Positions 1 through 13,683 of a stretch of 64,000 nt of DNA are shown one piece after another. How positions within the stretch are numbered: position 1 is the first letter of the stretch; each line of letters opens with the position of its first letter. The notes beneath the pieces were generated by a model. The model was not told the origin of the DNA, did not search any database, and was given only the letters and a program-made list of their open reading frames with translations. A program made the position numbers and the translations under genes. Origin of the DNA: Psilocybe cubensis (lineage: Eukaryota); NCBI GenBank assembly GCA_017499595.2, contig CM039008.1:124001-188000 (forward strand). Direction: 5' to 3'.

Positions 1-3000
1 GCTCAGGGTTGAGACACGAAGAGCGGATGGATGACGAGGACGAGGCGGTGGTGGAAGATGATAAGATTGCAGATGCACATGACGACACCCCGCGCAAGCG
101 CAACACGCTCTCACAGACACGTGATACTGCGCATATGAGGACGGCGTCGGTCGACTCGGACGCGTCGGTGTATACGCAGAACAGTAGATTGTCGGCGGCG
201 TCTGTTGTGATGGCTATGGAGGCTGCGTTGGGTGTTGGTGCTGCCGAGGAGAAGAATGGAAAGCCGGCACATGCGAGGCCGGCGCCGTTGACGCTTGTCA
301 AGTCGAATTCGTACGATAACGCTGGACTTGACACTGCGACTGCGACTGCGAAGGATCAAAATACAGCAGGAAATGGGGAAGCGGTGCGTTCGCCGCTGCT
401 GAACACGACATGGGGATCACCGCTGTCGTCGCCTGACTATGCGTCCGTTACGTCGCCGAAGAGCAGCGCGGCGCTGTACACGCCTGTACCAGGGAGCGTG
501 AACGTGCACCGGGTGGACGAGGGCGAGGGTATGGGTGATGATGATGAGAGAGAAAGAGCGGGTGTGCGGAGCCCCGCTGCGATGGTCTCGCCTACGCTCG
601 GTGGGTTCGCGAGTCAGATGCGCATGCGCCTTGAGGAGGAGCGGCGGTCGCCTCTGCCGAAAGCAGACGATGCGGAGGAGAGCACTGTTCAGCTGGAGAG
701 GGATACGGATAGGTCGGGGTTAGGCCATCGGATTGTAGTTGAGGATGAGGACGAGCTGCCGTCTCGTATTTTGAACAGCACTATGTCGTCGTCGGAGGAG
801 CATGATCACGACCAAGAGCAAGATGGAGATGGGAGTTTGTTGGCGTCTTCATCTGCGGGTAAACACCTTGCGCCGTTGGGCGTTGCCAACCGGACGCCGT
901 CGCCGTCGATTGGGGAGGGTAACTCGGATATGGACGAAGGTGATGTGAGCACGCTCGAGAGCCGGCTGAAGAGTCTTGAGAGCGAGGATAAGGAGCAGGA
1001 GAAAAGCAAGGGCACGGATACTCCGCCTCCTGCGACACACCTGCGCCCGTCGTTGAGAGAGCTCAGGGAGGGCGGGATGGTGATCGACCCTGGCACGAAT
1101 CAGCGACGAAGCTTGTTTATGCCCCATCCGAACGCGCCCAAGGCGCCTGTAGGCGTCGAGCCCCAAGGACCGATGTATATTGCCCAGGGACCGCCACAGA
1201 TGCGCGGTGTGCCTCCGCCTGGACATCCACAGCATCCACAGCAGCAGTGGAATGGTCCACATCCACCTCCACATCTTGGCTATGGACCACCTCCACCCCA
1301 ACCGCGCCCACATCTTTTCGCTGTCATCCGAATGGCGCTCTCTCTTCCTCCGGCTCCGCCACGCGGCTCGCAACAGCAACCACAGCAGCAGCAGCGCCCT
1401 GGACCGACGATGCCACTCCGTGGACCTACGATTTATGGGCGCACCGAAGTTGACCTGTCCGCTGCGATGGGCCCCGTGCCGATTGTATGGAGTGTTGAAC
1501 CACCTGGTGCAGGCGGCGCGAGCAAGCCGCCTCCTGGATCTCAACAGCAGCAAATGCAGATGCGGAGCAAGAGTATGGGTCCAGGTGGGCCTCCTCCCCC
1601 TGCGCGTGGTGGTGTTGTCTCGCCACCGCCGTCGACGCCTGCGTCGCCTGTCGGTGGTGCGCCCCCTGGAGGTGTTATACCCCGTGCGAACTTCTTCCCG
1701 AAGGCGCCTGGGCTGCGTCCGCGCTCGAGGAGTTTCTCTGGGTTCAATTATAGTAAAGGAGGGTCGACGCTTGAGGCGGTTGTGCCTGTTATGACAGAGG
1801 GCGAGGGTAGGCGGTGCGTGATTTTTCTTTCGTTTTCTTTCTTATTTCTGTGATTTGTTTCTAATTATGATTTATTGTGGACGTTATACACAGCCGGGAC
1901 ACTACATCTGCCACGCCTGCATCGGACATACTTTCTGCGAACGCGATCAAGCGGTCACTTGTCAAAACGACGAGTCTTTCTGCGCTGCGCTCTGCAGCTG
2001 GCGGTACGTCCTCGTCTTCTGCATCTTCTTCACCTCTCGCAGGACCTGGATCTGGAGCTGGGCCTGTACGTCCTGCGTCTTCACAACCTACATCCACATC
2101 CACATCCAGTCCATCTTCCCCTTCCTCATCACCATCTTCAAAACCGTCGCCACTTCATCCGTCCTCGACACCCAACTCGCCGCCTAGCTCCACGTCGAGT
2201 TTATCACCTGCACTGAAACCAACCATCGCTTCCTCGGCGCCGTTAAGACCATCGCCGTTGTCATTGTCGAGTATCAAAGCTGCGTCGCCCACACCTCCGC
2301 CGTCTGCTTCATCGCCTTCAATCGCCAACTCGAATGCGTCGGCGAAGGTTCCACCATCTCCTTTAGGTTCGAAACCGCCTTTGTCGCCATTAGGCTCGAA
2401 GCCTCCTTTATCGCCTGGCTTGAATCCTGGGACGGCAGGGGTAGCGGGGCAGAAACCGCCTAGCAGTCCGCTTGCGCAGAGCGTGTTTACGTTTTCGGGA
2501 GCAGGAGGGGATCGGGATAGTGTTATTGATAAGGACGGAGGTAAGGGTGAAGATGGGTTGAATTCACGCGCTGCGTCGCCTTCTGCACAACAGCAACAGC
2601 AACAGGGGCAAGGCCAGTCCTTTCGTGCTCAACAAAATCAGGGCCAGTCTGGGCAGCAAGGGCAAGGACAAGGGCAGGCGGTGAGGAGTATGTCACTAGG
2701 CGCGTCGGGATCTGCAAATGCACTTTCATCTTCAACATCGTCATCTACCACGTCTACATCCAATTCAACTTCGACTTTGGGATCAACCTCCCCTCCTCTT
2801 CAAAATGCGACAATCTCACCACCCTTTGCTAATGCACCGGGCCGGACGGCGAGTTTGCAAGCTTTACCTGTGTCGAGAAGTTTTAGTGCGGATAGGAGGG
2901 AGAGGGAGAGGGATAGTGATGTGATGTCTGTTACGAGTGCGCGGAGTGCCTTGCCTGCTTTTGGTGCCGCCGGTGGTGCGGGTGCAGGTACGTCGAGTTC

Positions 3001-5115
3001 AAATTCGAATGCGAGTGCTCCAGGTACGGGTGGTGGTGGTGTGGTGAGACAGACGTCGTTACGGTCCAAATTGTCACTTCCGAATCTGCGTCGAAAGCCA
3101 CAGACAGCAACCTCGCCGCCTTTCTCTTCCAACGCCTCCAACGCCAACGCCAACTCCTCGAATTACAACAACAACAACAACAATGCGTACACCTACGCCC
3201 ACGCGCGAGCAGACGATGACGCTGAAGAGACGCTTCAGATGCTGCAAGTGCAGGATATGGAGTTTGAGCTTGTGCGGCCGACGAATTTCGGGTTTGGGTT
3301 TGGGAGGCGGGATGGGGAGGCTGCGAGGGGAAGTGAGGATTCGGGGGTGTTGGGTATGAGTGGGCTCGGTGCGGGTGGTGGTGGTGGTGGTGGCCAGCGC
3401 GATAACGAGAAAGAGCGGGAGAGGGGGTTTTCGATTGATGATGCGGGTAGTTCTGGTGGTGGGAACGGTGGTGGATTCTTGCGCGCTGCGAGCCCTGCGT
3501 TCTCCATCTCTTCAGGTGCAGGGAAGAGGTCAAAATCGCCTGTTGGCGAGCTCTTCGCGTCGTCGTCGTCCTCCTCGCCACAACACGGAAGCTGGCCGCC
3601 AGCTCCGTCCTCCGCGTCGTCGATGTCTATATCGCGCAAGCAGGCGGAGGAGAGTATGAGCGTGGCGGATATGGACGCGCATAGGCAGCGCGAGGCGCGG
3701 TGGATGGGGATCCTGGCCTCGTCGGCGACGCCGTCGTTCGAAGCGCTCCCTCCGTCTGGGTCTGGTGCGTCGCCGCTTTCGTCATCTACGTCGTCGTCTG
3801 TGCTTGGATCTGCGACATCGTTCAACCCCCCGTCTCTCATCGCCTCTTCGTCGTCGTCATCCTCCTCCTCCGGCACCCTTTCGGCTACCGGCGGGTCATC
3901 CTCGAATGCGAATGCGAGTGCGGACGCGGCGCTGAGGCGGTCGAAGAAAGTGAGGAGGTTGTTGTTGGACGGTGTGCCTTCCTCCGTGAGATACCTCGTC
4001 TGGTCGTTTTTGACGGATGGGAAGGGGAGGTGTGTGCCGGGTGTGTATAGGCAGCTGTGTGCGCGGGGATGGGGTGGTGGCGGTGGCGGTGGGGGGTCGT
4101 CGTCGTCGCGCGCGGGTGAGAGGGGGAGGGGGAGGGTGAGAGAGGAGATGGAGAGGGATGTGAGGGATGTTGTGAGGGTTTTGGTTGGGGGTGGGGAGGG
4201 TGGGGACTCTGATAGAGGTAATGGAGAAGATGGGGATGGGGAGGGTGAAGATGGAGATGGAGGTGGGGAGAGACGAAGGGTTGAGAAGGAGAGGAGGGAG
4301 AGAGAGCGCGAGGCGCTTTGTTTGTTGCAGGCGTATTTGAACATGGTGCCTGATGTTGTATATGAGCGCGGTAAGTTACTTTTTTTTTTTTTTGGCTTGT
4401 GGATTGATAACTGTTGAACTGTGAATTGACAATTGTTCGACGAAAACGACAGGTCTGACAGAGATCGTTGCGCACCTCTTACTACTCGCACCGGAGGAAG
4501 ACGCGTTTTGGATCTTTGTGTCGGTTATGGATGCGCATCTGAGGCCGTATTTTGCGACGGGGCGGGTTGTGCTGGCTCCTGTGTCGTCGTCGTTGGGTTC
4601 AGCTTCGTTGGGGTCTTTGGCTTCAAATCATACCGCAGCTTTAGGGGCGGCGGTAACAGAGACGACGACGACGCAGATGGAAGTCGACGCGGGGCTGCTT
4701 GTTAAAGCGCTCGAAGCGAACGATCCGGTGCTTGCGAAGAAGCTGTTTGGATCTGGGAATGGATCTGGGGAAGGGGGGTTGGGTGTGCGTCCTGCGCGGG
4801 TGTGTGGGCCTTGGTGCGTTTGCTTTTATTTTTGCCTTTGGTTTTGTTCTCGCCTCTGATGAAACTAATTTTTTTTTTTTTTCAAATAAAATAATAATAA
4901 TAATAATCATGCACAGGTTCTCTTCGCTCTTCGTCTCTGCGCTCCCGCCTGCGCATCTCGCGCGCATCTGGGATATATTCCTATTTGACGGTGTGCCGTT
5001 CCTGATACGTACGGCGCTTGCGTTGCTCGTTTGTGCGCGTGGTGCGTTGTTGGGATGTACGTCGGAGCGGGCGGTGTTGGAGGTGCTTGGTGTGCTGCCT
5101 GGGCATTTGCGGGTT

Positions 5116-5153
<38 letters not shown>

Positions 5154-5557
5154 ACACCAGCACCAGAACCAGCAACAACACCCGCACCAGCAACAGCACC
5201 AGCAAGTAAGAGTGCCGCTCTCCATGGCGCCCGACGCGTTCCTCGCGCTTGCGCTGGGTATGAAGCTGAAAGACGATGAAGTGCGTAAAGTCCGCGTGAA
5301 ACTTGAGGCGGCGATGAGGAGGCAGACTGCTGCTGTTGCTCACAATTCTCTCTCTCTTTCTGGTGGTGGTGGTGGGGGAGGTGGGTTGGTTGCGGGAGGG
5401 GGAGGTGGAGGTGGAGGAGGTGGTGGGGCAGGAGGGGGGGGGAGGGGGAGGGGGAGGGATGTTTGGATTTGGAGGTGGAGGTGGAAAGGCCAAGCCGCGC
5501 GTGGCGAGTGTGAGTGTTGGTGGGATAGGTGTCATTTCGTTGCCCAAGATGTCGTGA
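1..5557 (+). CDS. Rab-GAP/TBC-domain protein, 5'-partial, multi-exon, with long low-complexity Ser/Pro/Gly/Gln-rich regions
   Basis: ORFs 9-1853, 1877-4417, 4518-4859 and 4699-5664 are joined across AT-rich GT..AG introns (~1813-1893, 4371-4452, ~4814-4916). TBC-like motifs: KKVRRLLLDGVPSSVRYLVW, LLQAYLNMVPDVVYE, EEDAFWIF, LARIWDIFLFDGVPFLIRTALALL. The frame of the last ~40 codons is uncertain (poly-G run near 5435). Confidence 0.85.
5117..5205 (+). repeat. CAG/CAA/CAC poly-Gln(His) coding microsatellite inside the TBC gene
   Basis: cagcagcagcaacagcaacagcaacag... encodes QQQQQQQQQQQQQHQHQNQQQHPHQQQHQQ. Confidence 0.9.
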
Positions 5558-6639
5558 TTCTCTCCCTCTCCATCCATCCATCCATCCAACCCTTCGTCCA
5601 TGTACTGCATTGCGTTGCACCCGTCGCTCGTCGCTCGTCGATCGCGGTTTCTGGGCGAACTTAAAAGCTTTCTACGTTTTTTTCTATTTTTTTGTTTGTG
5701 TTCTTTATTTCGTTGGATTATATATATACTTTGTTGATTATGATTTATTTCATAGTTGGTTATTGTTATAAAGTTTGTGATATAGGCGCTAGGCGCGGAT
5801 GCGCCGGGGTTCTTAATTCTAATTTTTTTATTGTTTATTGTTTATTCTCTTTTATCGTTTTTTTTTTTACTTTTCTCTTTTTTATATCGTTTTTTCTTGT
5901 TCTTTATTTGTGTTTTGAGGTCTTTTCTTATATCTTTAACGTTTAACATCAAGCTATCGCTATCCCAATTCGTTACAAGAATCCAACTGGACTCGGACTC
6001 GGTACAGTGTTCAACTATTCCCGATTTCAAAAGTTTTTGTTTTCGGTTTTGGTGTTGGTTTATTGCATCTATAACAACTTTACTCGATTTCTCGTTCAAT
6101 TTTTTCAATTTTCCTCATGTCTCATACCATTGTGCATTGTGCATTGGTTGTCGGATTTATATATCATTATCTTTATCACTTGTGACTTCAATTTTCACGG
6201 TTTTTTATATTTTTTGTGTGTTTTTTTGTGTGTGCAATTGTGCAATTGTTTGGCGTTTGGCATTTGTGGGTTGATTTTGTGCATAATATATTGATATGTT
6301 AATGTTTTCCGGGTTTTCCGTCATTTTACAGCGGTAGTCTCGAATCCAGCGGTCCAGCGGTTTGAGGTCCTGAGGAGGAGGAGCACTCCCGCGCGGTTCC
6401 TGCCTTCATGCTTCCTCCCCCCTCCCCCCTCCCCCCCGCCTCCTAGGGGAAACCCATAACTATAGTATAAGTTATAAGTTATATCCTTTCCGGGAAATAA
6501 CATTGATGATTCTTCTCCGAGTAGACTCTTTGCCATTCGCACTTTGGGTAGGGGTAGGGGTAACTCCATGCCCCTGAAGGAAGTCGTGTGCTATATTTAA
6601 CTCGTTAACTCGTTAATCTGCTGGCGGTGTCAATATTTT

Positions 6640-6677
6640 CGATTGTCGATTGTCGATTGTCGATTGTCGATTGTCGA
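6640..6677. repeat. Heptamer tandem repeat (CGATTGT)x5
   Basis: cgattgtcgattgtcgattgtcgattgtcgattgtcga, intergenic, upstream of the P450. Confidence 0.9.
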
Positions 6678-7188
6678 ATGTGGAATGCATGAGAACGCAT
6701 TGGACCCTCGGCCCAATGGTTCGAATTCCGTGTATATGTGTGCAGTTGCGTTGTGTTGTGCGTGGAGGATCATGCATGATTTCACAGGATTTCACGGAGC
6801 ACGGGTGTGGCGGCTTTGAGCACCCTCCCCCCCTCTTCGACGATTACGGGATTCAGGGATTCAGGAAAAGGGCAAGGGTGCCGTCGGGTGTGTTAACAGG
6901 TTACAGTGTGTGGGCCGTCACTCAGATCCAGCGCAGCTGCGACGTAACGTACCTGCCTATACCATAAATACATGGAGAGGGAAGGTCTTTCGTTGCACGT
7001 TACTTCTTCCTCCCTTCCCCTTCCCCATCCCATTCCCTTGAGCACTTCCATTCTCCACACACTTCGATTCTTCCACACACTCAAGCTAACACACACACTC
7101 ACACACCCACAGACAGACGAGCAACCAAACACAGACAGATAGAACACAAACACACACAGATAGACAACAGATAGAACCGCACAGATTC

Positions 7189-9940
7189 ATGATCGCCCTG
7201 CTCCTCAAGATCGGCACTCTCTACGTCCTATGGCGGATTTTCAGGGCGTACGTTGTGAGATCGCCGCTGGATAATATACCGGGGCCGCCTTCGAAGTCTT
7301 GGAAAGGTGCGTGTGTCGTTCGCGTGTCGTTCGCAGGTTTTCGGCTCGGGGGCCGTCGGTTCATGGTCGGTCGGTTCGTTGGTTGGTGGCGGTGGGGCAG
7401 GGGCTGGGGTATTATGGTGCTGGTGTTAACTGTGATGCTCGCGGCTTATAGGTGTCTTCCCTGACATATTCAACCCGGACGCGTGGGATTTCCATAGGAA
7501 GATGGCTGAGACGTGTGAGTGTACAGTTCACGTTGTTGGGTGATAATTTCGAAACCTCGAGCTGATGCAGAGCGACTTTGCAGATGGAAGTGTAATCAGG
7601 ATCAAAGGCCTTCTCGGGGTACACACACATTCCCCTCTCCGAAAGGATGCCTCATACCAATGTCCTGTGTAGGAAAACCTGCTATACGTGTTCGATCCCA
7701 AGGCGATGCACCAGATCCTCGTCAAAGTGCGTATTCGTATTCGTATTCGTGTTCGCCTCCAATTTACCTTTTCTTGGTAAAATGACGCATCTTCGAAAAG
7801 GACCAGGATATATACGAAGAAACTGCGTCGTTTATCGCGTACGTGTCTTCTCACAAAAATGTACATGATGTGGATTGACTGACTGATTGGATATAACTGT
7901 AGTGGGAACAGGCTCATTTTTGGGCATGGGCTGTTAAGCACCACCGGTGTGTTTATTATCCCGCTATTCGAACTTTGAACTGAGGGGTTGGTTTGCGTGT
8001 AGGCGAGCAGCATCGTAAACAGCGAAGAATGCTCAATCCCGTGTTCTCCATCGCACACATGCGACAAATGGGTGTGTGGTGTATGCCGCTTCATGGGGCG
8101 CCGTGCTAACGTGTGACGGGTGCAAAGTTCCCATTTTCTACCACGTCACGTATAAATTGCGAGATGCACTGCTGAACAGAGTCACAAATGCGCCTGTGGA
8201 GGTACTTCCCACCCACTTCTTTTTTGTAAAACTATCTGGCTGATATGAATTTGGTTTTGTAAGATGGACTTGCTGCTGTGGATGAACCGGACGGCACTTG
8301 AACTTGTCGGGCAGAGCGGGTTAGGCTACTCATTCGACTCGCTCGAAGAGGACGCTGCGACACATCGGTACAGCACATCCGCCAAACAGCTCGTGTAAGT
8401 CTGTCTATCTCTTTCCTTTCCCTCCACCCATCTCACTCAGTACCAAATCAAATCAAATAATAACGAATATCCAGTCCTCTGCTGCTCAAACACCAGTTCC
8501 CACGGACGTACCTCCTCCCTATCCTCGTCAAAATCGGCTCCGCTCAGTTCAGGAGGAGAGTGCTCAACATGCTCCCCATCAAAACGCTCCATAAGCTGCG
8601 CGATATAATTGACACCATGCACGGGACATCTGTCGAGATTCTCGAGTCCAAGAAGAAGGCGCTGGAGGAGGGAGACGAGGCGGTTGCGCATCAGGTTGGG
8701 CAGGGGAAGGATATTTTGAGTATTTTGCGTGAGTGTTTTTGTTTTTGTTTTGTTTTTTTTTTTGTGGTGGGAGGTGGGAAGTGGGGAATTGGTGATGGGT
8801 GATGGGTGCTGATAATGAGTAGTTAGAGCTAATATGGAAGCGTCGGAGGATGAGAAGTTGTCGGATGAAGCTGTCCTCGCTCAGATATCGTACGTTAACT
8901 GCTCCAGAGTCCAGCATATCTTACTATTCATTTACACCCGCTTACACTGTTTCTCTCAGGACGTTGATATTCGCTGCAATGGATACGACTTCCGGCGCAC
9001 TCTCCCGCCTATTTCACCTCCTAGCTACGAACCCTGACGTGCAGAGCAAGTTGCGCGCTGAGATTGTCGAGTCTAGAAAGCGGTTTGATGGGGATTTGCC
9101 GTATGATCAATTGGTCGCGTTACCGTATCTTGACGCGGTCGTTCGGGAGACGCTAAGACTGTAAGCAGTTCTATTACGCTGGAGTTGATTTTTCAACATT
9201 TACAGATTTGTAACCAATGCAAATGCAGGTACGGACCAGTCTCCGTCGTAATGAGAGCGTGCGTGTCCATCCACTCCCCACTTGACAACAACCCTTACAA
9301 TTAAAAATGTCAACCTCCAGCACGCGAGAAGACGTCGTCCTCCCACTTTCGAATCCCATCACCGGGATAAACGGTGAACAAATACCAGAAATATTCATTC
9401 CGCAGAATACCAAGGTGATAGTTGGAATGCGGGCGTCAAATACGAACGCTGAGTTATGGGGACCTGACTCCTTCGAATGGAAACCTGAGCGATGGTTGAA
9501 GCCTTTGCCGAAAGGCGTTGTGGATGCGCATTTACCTGGGATTTATTCAAATTTGTGAGTCTCGTTGATGATCAATTGGGTCGTCATTCTAAAGTGCCTT
9601 GTAATGTAGAATGAGCTTCCTTGGTGGAGGCAGATCTTGCATGTAAGCTAAAAGCGCTAAACTGTATATCCACATACTAAATCGCGCATATCAAACAGTG
9701 GATTCAAATTCGCCCAACTAGAAATGAGCAAGTCCATCTCTCCACTCACCCCTTCCCAAACGACTAATGCCCTTTGTTAACATAGAGGTCGTTCTATCTG
9801 TCCTACTCGAATCAATGCAGTTCTCGCCTTCGGATAAGAAGATATTTTGGCAGATGAATGGGATTGCTTCGCCGACTGTGGATCATGTTACGAACCTTAA
9901 TAACCAGCTTCCTCTCATTGTAGAACGTTTGAAAAAGTGA
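7189..9940 (+). CDS. Cytochrome P450, many short introns (resembles agaricomycete CYP5150-type enzymes; family not confirmed)
   Basis: N-terminal hydrophobic anchor followed by PLDNIPGPPS; I-helix TLIFAAMDTTS; K-helix VVRETLRL; WKPERW; heme motif MSFLGGGRSC(I)GFKFAQLEM split by an intron; stop TGA ending 9940. Confidence 0.93.
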
Positions 9941-10912
9941 CATTGCTTCTGTACTTTGAGATAATTAACCTTATTACCTTCGCTTTCATTAAAGCCTTTC
10001 TCAACGTGTGTTTGAGGTGGATTTTTTCCATGTAATATCGAGGGGCACTCCTCAAGAAGTGCCTATTCAATGCTACCCACAGCATCTATACATTAAAAGT
10101 CATTTGAATGTCGAGATTCGTTCCTTACCTGGGGTTGGGTCGGTCACGTACAACATCAACCATGACGTACAGACAAAATCGCGGAAGGATTACAGAGGTC
10201 TGGATGGTTTGCATGCAGTTTGGTCGGGATAGAGTCCTATACCTCGAGCGGTAATAGGAGAAATAGTGACCACCAACATCAAAGTAAGGCCTATGTGATT
10301 CCAGTACATCAGCCTGAGAGATCGGGCATGCTCCTGAATTGATTCCCTCCCGAGAGGAGTTATTACGGTGTCGAATTTTATAGACCATATAAGGTATCCC
10401 TGTCTTGATAGCTTCCGATTCTGTCTCCGACTCTGCTCCTCGTACCATCTCGTATCATCTCAGATGTGTGTGTTGACTCTGAACAAGTATGATATCTACA
10501 AAATCGTTTTGCCCAACTTGTCAGTTATTCCTTTGTCCATTCGAATTAAGATTTGGCTCTGTACTTACACTGTGTTATCATACAGTATAGATTTTGCGTT
10601 GAAGAGTTATCTCTACTCTGGTCTTTACTAACTAGAGGAGTACTGGGTCCGGGGTAACTTCGCAATACTAGGGATCGTCGGGCACGGCTCCTCTTCATAC
10701 CCCCGTCCATTGTAAATACCTGCAGTTCTATTCTAGCCCTTGTCAATCTGAGCCTTGGTCCGCAAACAAGCATATAAAATCCCAGAACGCACCAAAACAA
10801 ATGCCCGGACCCATCATCCCAGCCTACCCGTCTCGCTTGTGCGTTTGTTTTCAATTTCGCCTAACCGACCTCATCCTCGGACTCCTTGGGCACACCGGCT
10901 CAGAACCTCATT

Positions 10913-12952
10913 ATGATTGGCTTCATTTTCAACGCGTTTGTTCTGTTCTCCATCTCGTGGGCTGGCTGGCTGGTGTTCAAGGGGGCTTCCGAGAGGTCCC
11001 GGGACGGTCTCAAAGACTACAGAGGCGCACTGAGTGGTGAGTTTGGTCTGCGTTAGATCATGCGCATGAATGCCTCACCTCGCATAGGCATTATAGCGAC
11101 GCTTTCCAACCCTTCCGAGGTCAAGGAGCTTCTGGCTGCATCGCAGGCGACAGTTGGAGGATGGTGGGAAAAAGGTGCGTTCGGCTATTTTAGGCTGATG
11201 AACATCCGTTCTCACGCGTTCGTCCAGGGATTGCCTTTTACAATGACCTCGACGATGAAAAGCGGGCAGAATATTCGCTACGAATGACCGAGATGTACTG
11301 TAAGCTCTCTCTTTCTTGTGGGAATTATACATTGTTGACAGGTTCCATGTGTAGATGGGACGATTATTCAACTCAATTTGTTTTTGACTTACGCACTCAT
11401 TGAAGCACGAATTCGCGCCGAGCCGCTTGTGGAGTCTGGAAAGGGTTCGTCGTTATCTTATTGACTAGTTGGAAAGTCTGATATACTATATATACAGTTT
11501 CAATCTCAAATGCACTCAATCGTGAGACATGGGATGCAGTGTCGAAGTCCGTCGTGGCTGGTATCCAGCAGGGACCCATTGGTCAAGCGGTTCAAGGCGA
11601 GTATCCCTAAACTATCTTACTACGCATTTTTCTCACATGGTATCCTGCAGTGTATGCTAAATCTGGGGTGTGGACGATCCTGGAGGAACAAATTGCTGAA
11701 GGGCGCAAGTTGTTCGAGAGCACAGCCGACCGTGCTGTCAACGTGATTGTCCGAGTGAGTACACTCCAGTTTCTAGATTTATCATCCTAAAATATTTCTT
11801 GTGGACCTAGACGGCAGGTCCAGAGCGCGTCAAAGCATTTGAGGCATTTACAGAGGATCTGTTTAAAACGTTACTTGGGGTTTGTGTTTTCAATGAATTC
11901 AACACGCGTCGACTTATCAAGATTGCTAATGACAGGAGATGTCTATCTATGCATACGATCCGAGCGCCATGCACCAACTTGTTGTAAAGGTAAGGGAAGC
12001 CATTTTGTATATTGCCTATGTACCAGTGCTAAATAGGATGTTGTCAGGACGGGAATGTCTATATTGAAGACGTCGCGGTTGACACGTCCAGAAGGTACGC
12101 GTTCATTCGTGCTACAGAAGATCTGCTTCACTTGGTAACTGTTCTAATCATAGGGAACCTTCGCAATCAAGACAACTCGCCGCCAAAAGCCCGTTATCCA
12201 TCCCCCTGCCAGACACCGAGACCGAGGAGGAGAGTGACAGCATTTCCGCAATCGATATCCGAGTCGAAGAAGTGGATGAAGAAGACACTTCCGAGAGTTC
12301 AGAGATCGAATATGACAAGGTGGAGAAAATCTTGGGGCTGAGTCGCATTGAAGAGGTTGTCGAAGAGGAAGTCGAGGACGACTCTTGTCCGACAAATGGT
12401 GGCAACGATGATGTCGTTGTCGCACAGGCACCTCTCCATAGCACCGAGGACGAATCTTTATCGGAGAAGCAGGTTCCGGGCAAGAACGATGACTTAGTAA
12501 GCTCTGGACAGAGTGGCAGTCGTCGAAGCAGCAAATCAGAGAACTACACCTTGGTAGAAGGAGTGGACTTGCCAAGCACTGATACTGGTATCGTCGTTAG
12601 CAAACCGCCGGTCGATGTCGATGTGGTATTTCAGGGAAGATTTGTCGAGGAGGAGATCAAGCAGAAAGGGAGGGAGGTCAGCGTTGCGGTTGCTGAGGTG
12701 ACGGAGGAGGTGGATCTGGGATACGTCGATAGAGCACTAGCGGTGGTAGAGGAGAAGAGCAGAGCGCGGGAGATCTTGGAGGAGCGGCGCCTTGAGGCTG
12801 TGGATATTCACATCCGGAGTTCCGAGTCTGACTTGGACAATGCTTCAGATTTGAAGACAGTTCCCGCTACAAAGTCACCGGTACGGAAGAGAAAGAGGTT
12901 GATAAGTGCTGTTTTTGGGAAGGTTTTGGGAAAGAAGAGTAAGACTTCTTGA
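10913..12952 (+). CDS. Hypothetical multi-exon protein with N-terminal hydrophobic segment and acidic/charged C-terminal region
   Basis: ATG 10913 MIGFIFNAFVLFSISWAGWLVFKG... stays in frame across several GT..AG introns; long terminal ORF 12272-12952. Middle exons were not fully resolved. Confidence 0.6.
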
Positions 12953-13683
12953 TCCACTATCGGACGTTTCATGAGTTGGGAAACTGTTGTAACATATTGT
13001 ATTGCACGTAATGGTAAATAATCAATTCAGGATATTTGCACCATAGGCCAGAGCTGCCTTGAATTTGATCTGTATGTCTTTGCTCCATATTTCTCAATTT
13101 GAAGAAATCTTTTGGGCAGGGTAAAAAACCTCCTGTCAGATAGAGTAATGACCTGCTGATACTGCTGTAGTCAGGATGCAATTGTAAAGTGGCAAAGGGT
13201 TGTACCCGTGCAAAGTATCTAGTCCTGAGATATGAACAAACGTGATATTATTGGTGTTTTGGAATACCGTTATCACGTCTCGTGAAAAGACCAATACAGT
13301 AATCCTTGACACCTGATCGCACGCCCAAGAAAATTGACACAGAACCTATTTAGATACAGTTTGTTCCTTAATGTGTGAGTCTAAACGCTGATGGATATCG
13401 ATGTCTCCAATTCAACTGCTGGCAAAAAATGCCTTCAAGTTTCATTAGGAAAGTCAAATTCTGTATTATGCGCGCCATATAGTTCTATGATCCTCGTGAC
13501 ATAAAGGTTTGTTGACAGTTGCGTGAATAAACGAACTAGGCTTTGGTATAGGGTAATTTTATTTGAAGGAGTATATTTAAAGTTATGAAAATCCGCAGGC
13601 CATAATATAAAAGCGTTAGTGTAAGTCCGGCCGATGTCTTCAAAGACCACTTCATTCTCTACTTTCTCATTCTATAAGCATCA

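Noticed and set aside
111-5620. Numerous long antisense and overlapping ORFs over the TBC gene
   Set aside because: Shadow ORFs of GC-rich low-complexity coding sequence with no recognisable motifs.
5400-5664. Apparent frameshift at the end of the TBC gene (programmed frameshift?)
   Set aside because: It falls in a G homopolymer/GGA run; a sequencing or slippage indel is the simpler explanation.
5692-6294. Phe/Leu-rich ORFs resembling membrane proteins
   Set aside because: Translation of T-rich 3' UTR/intergenic DNA.
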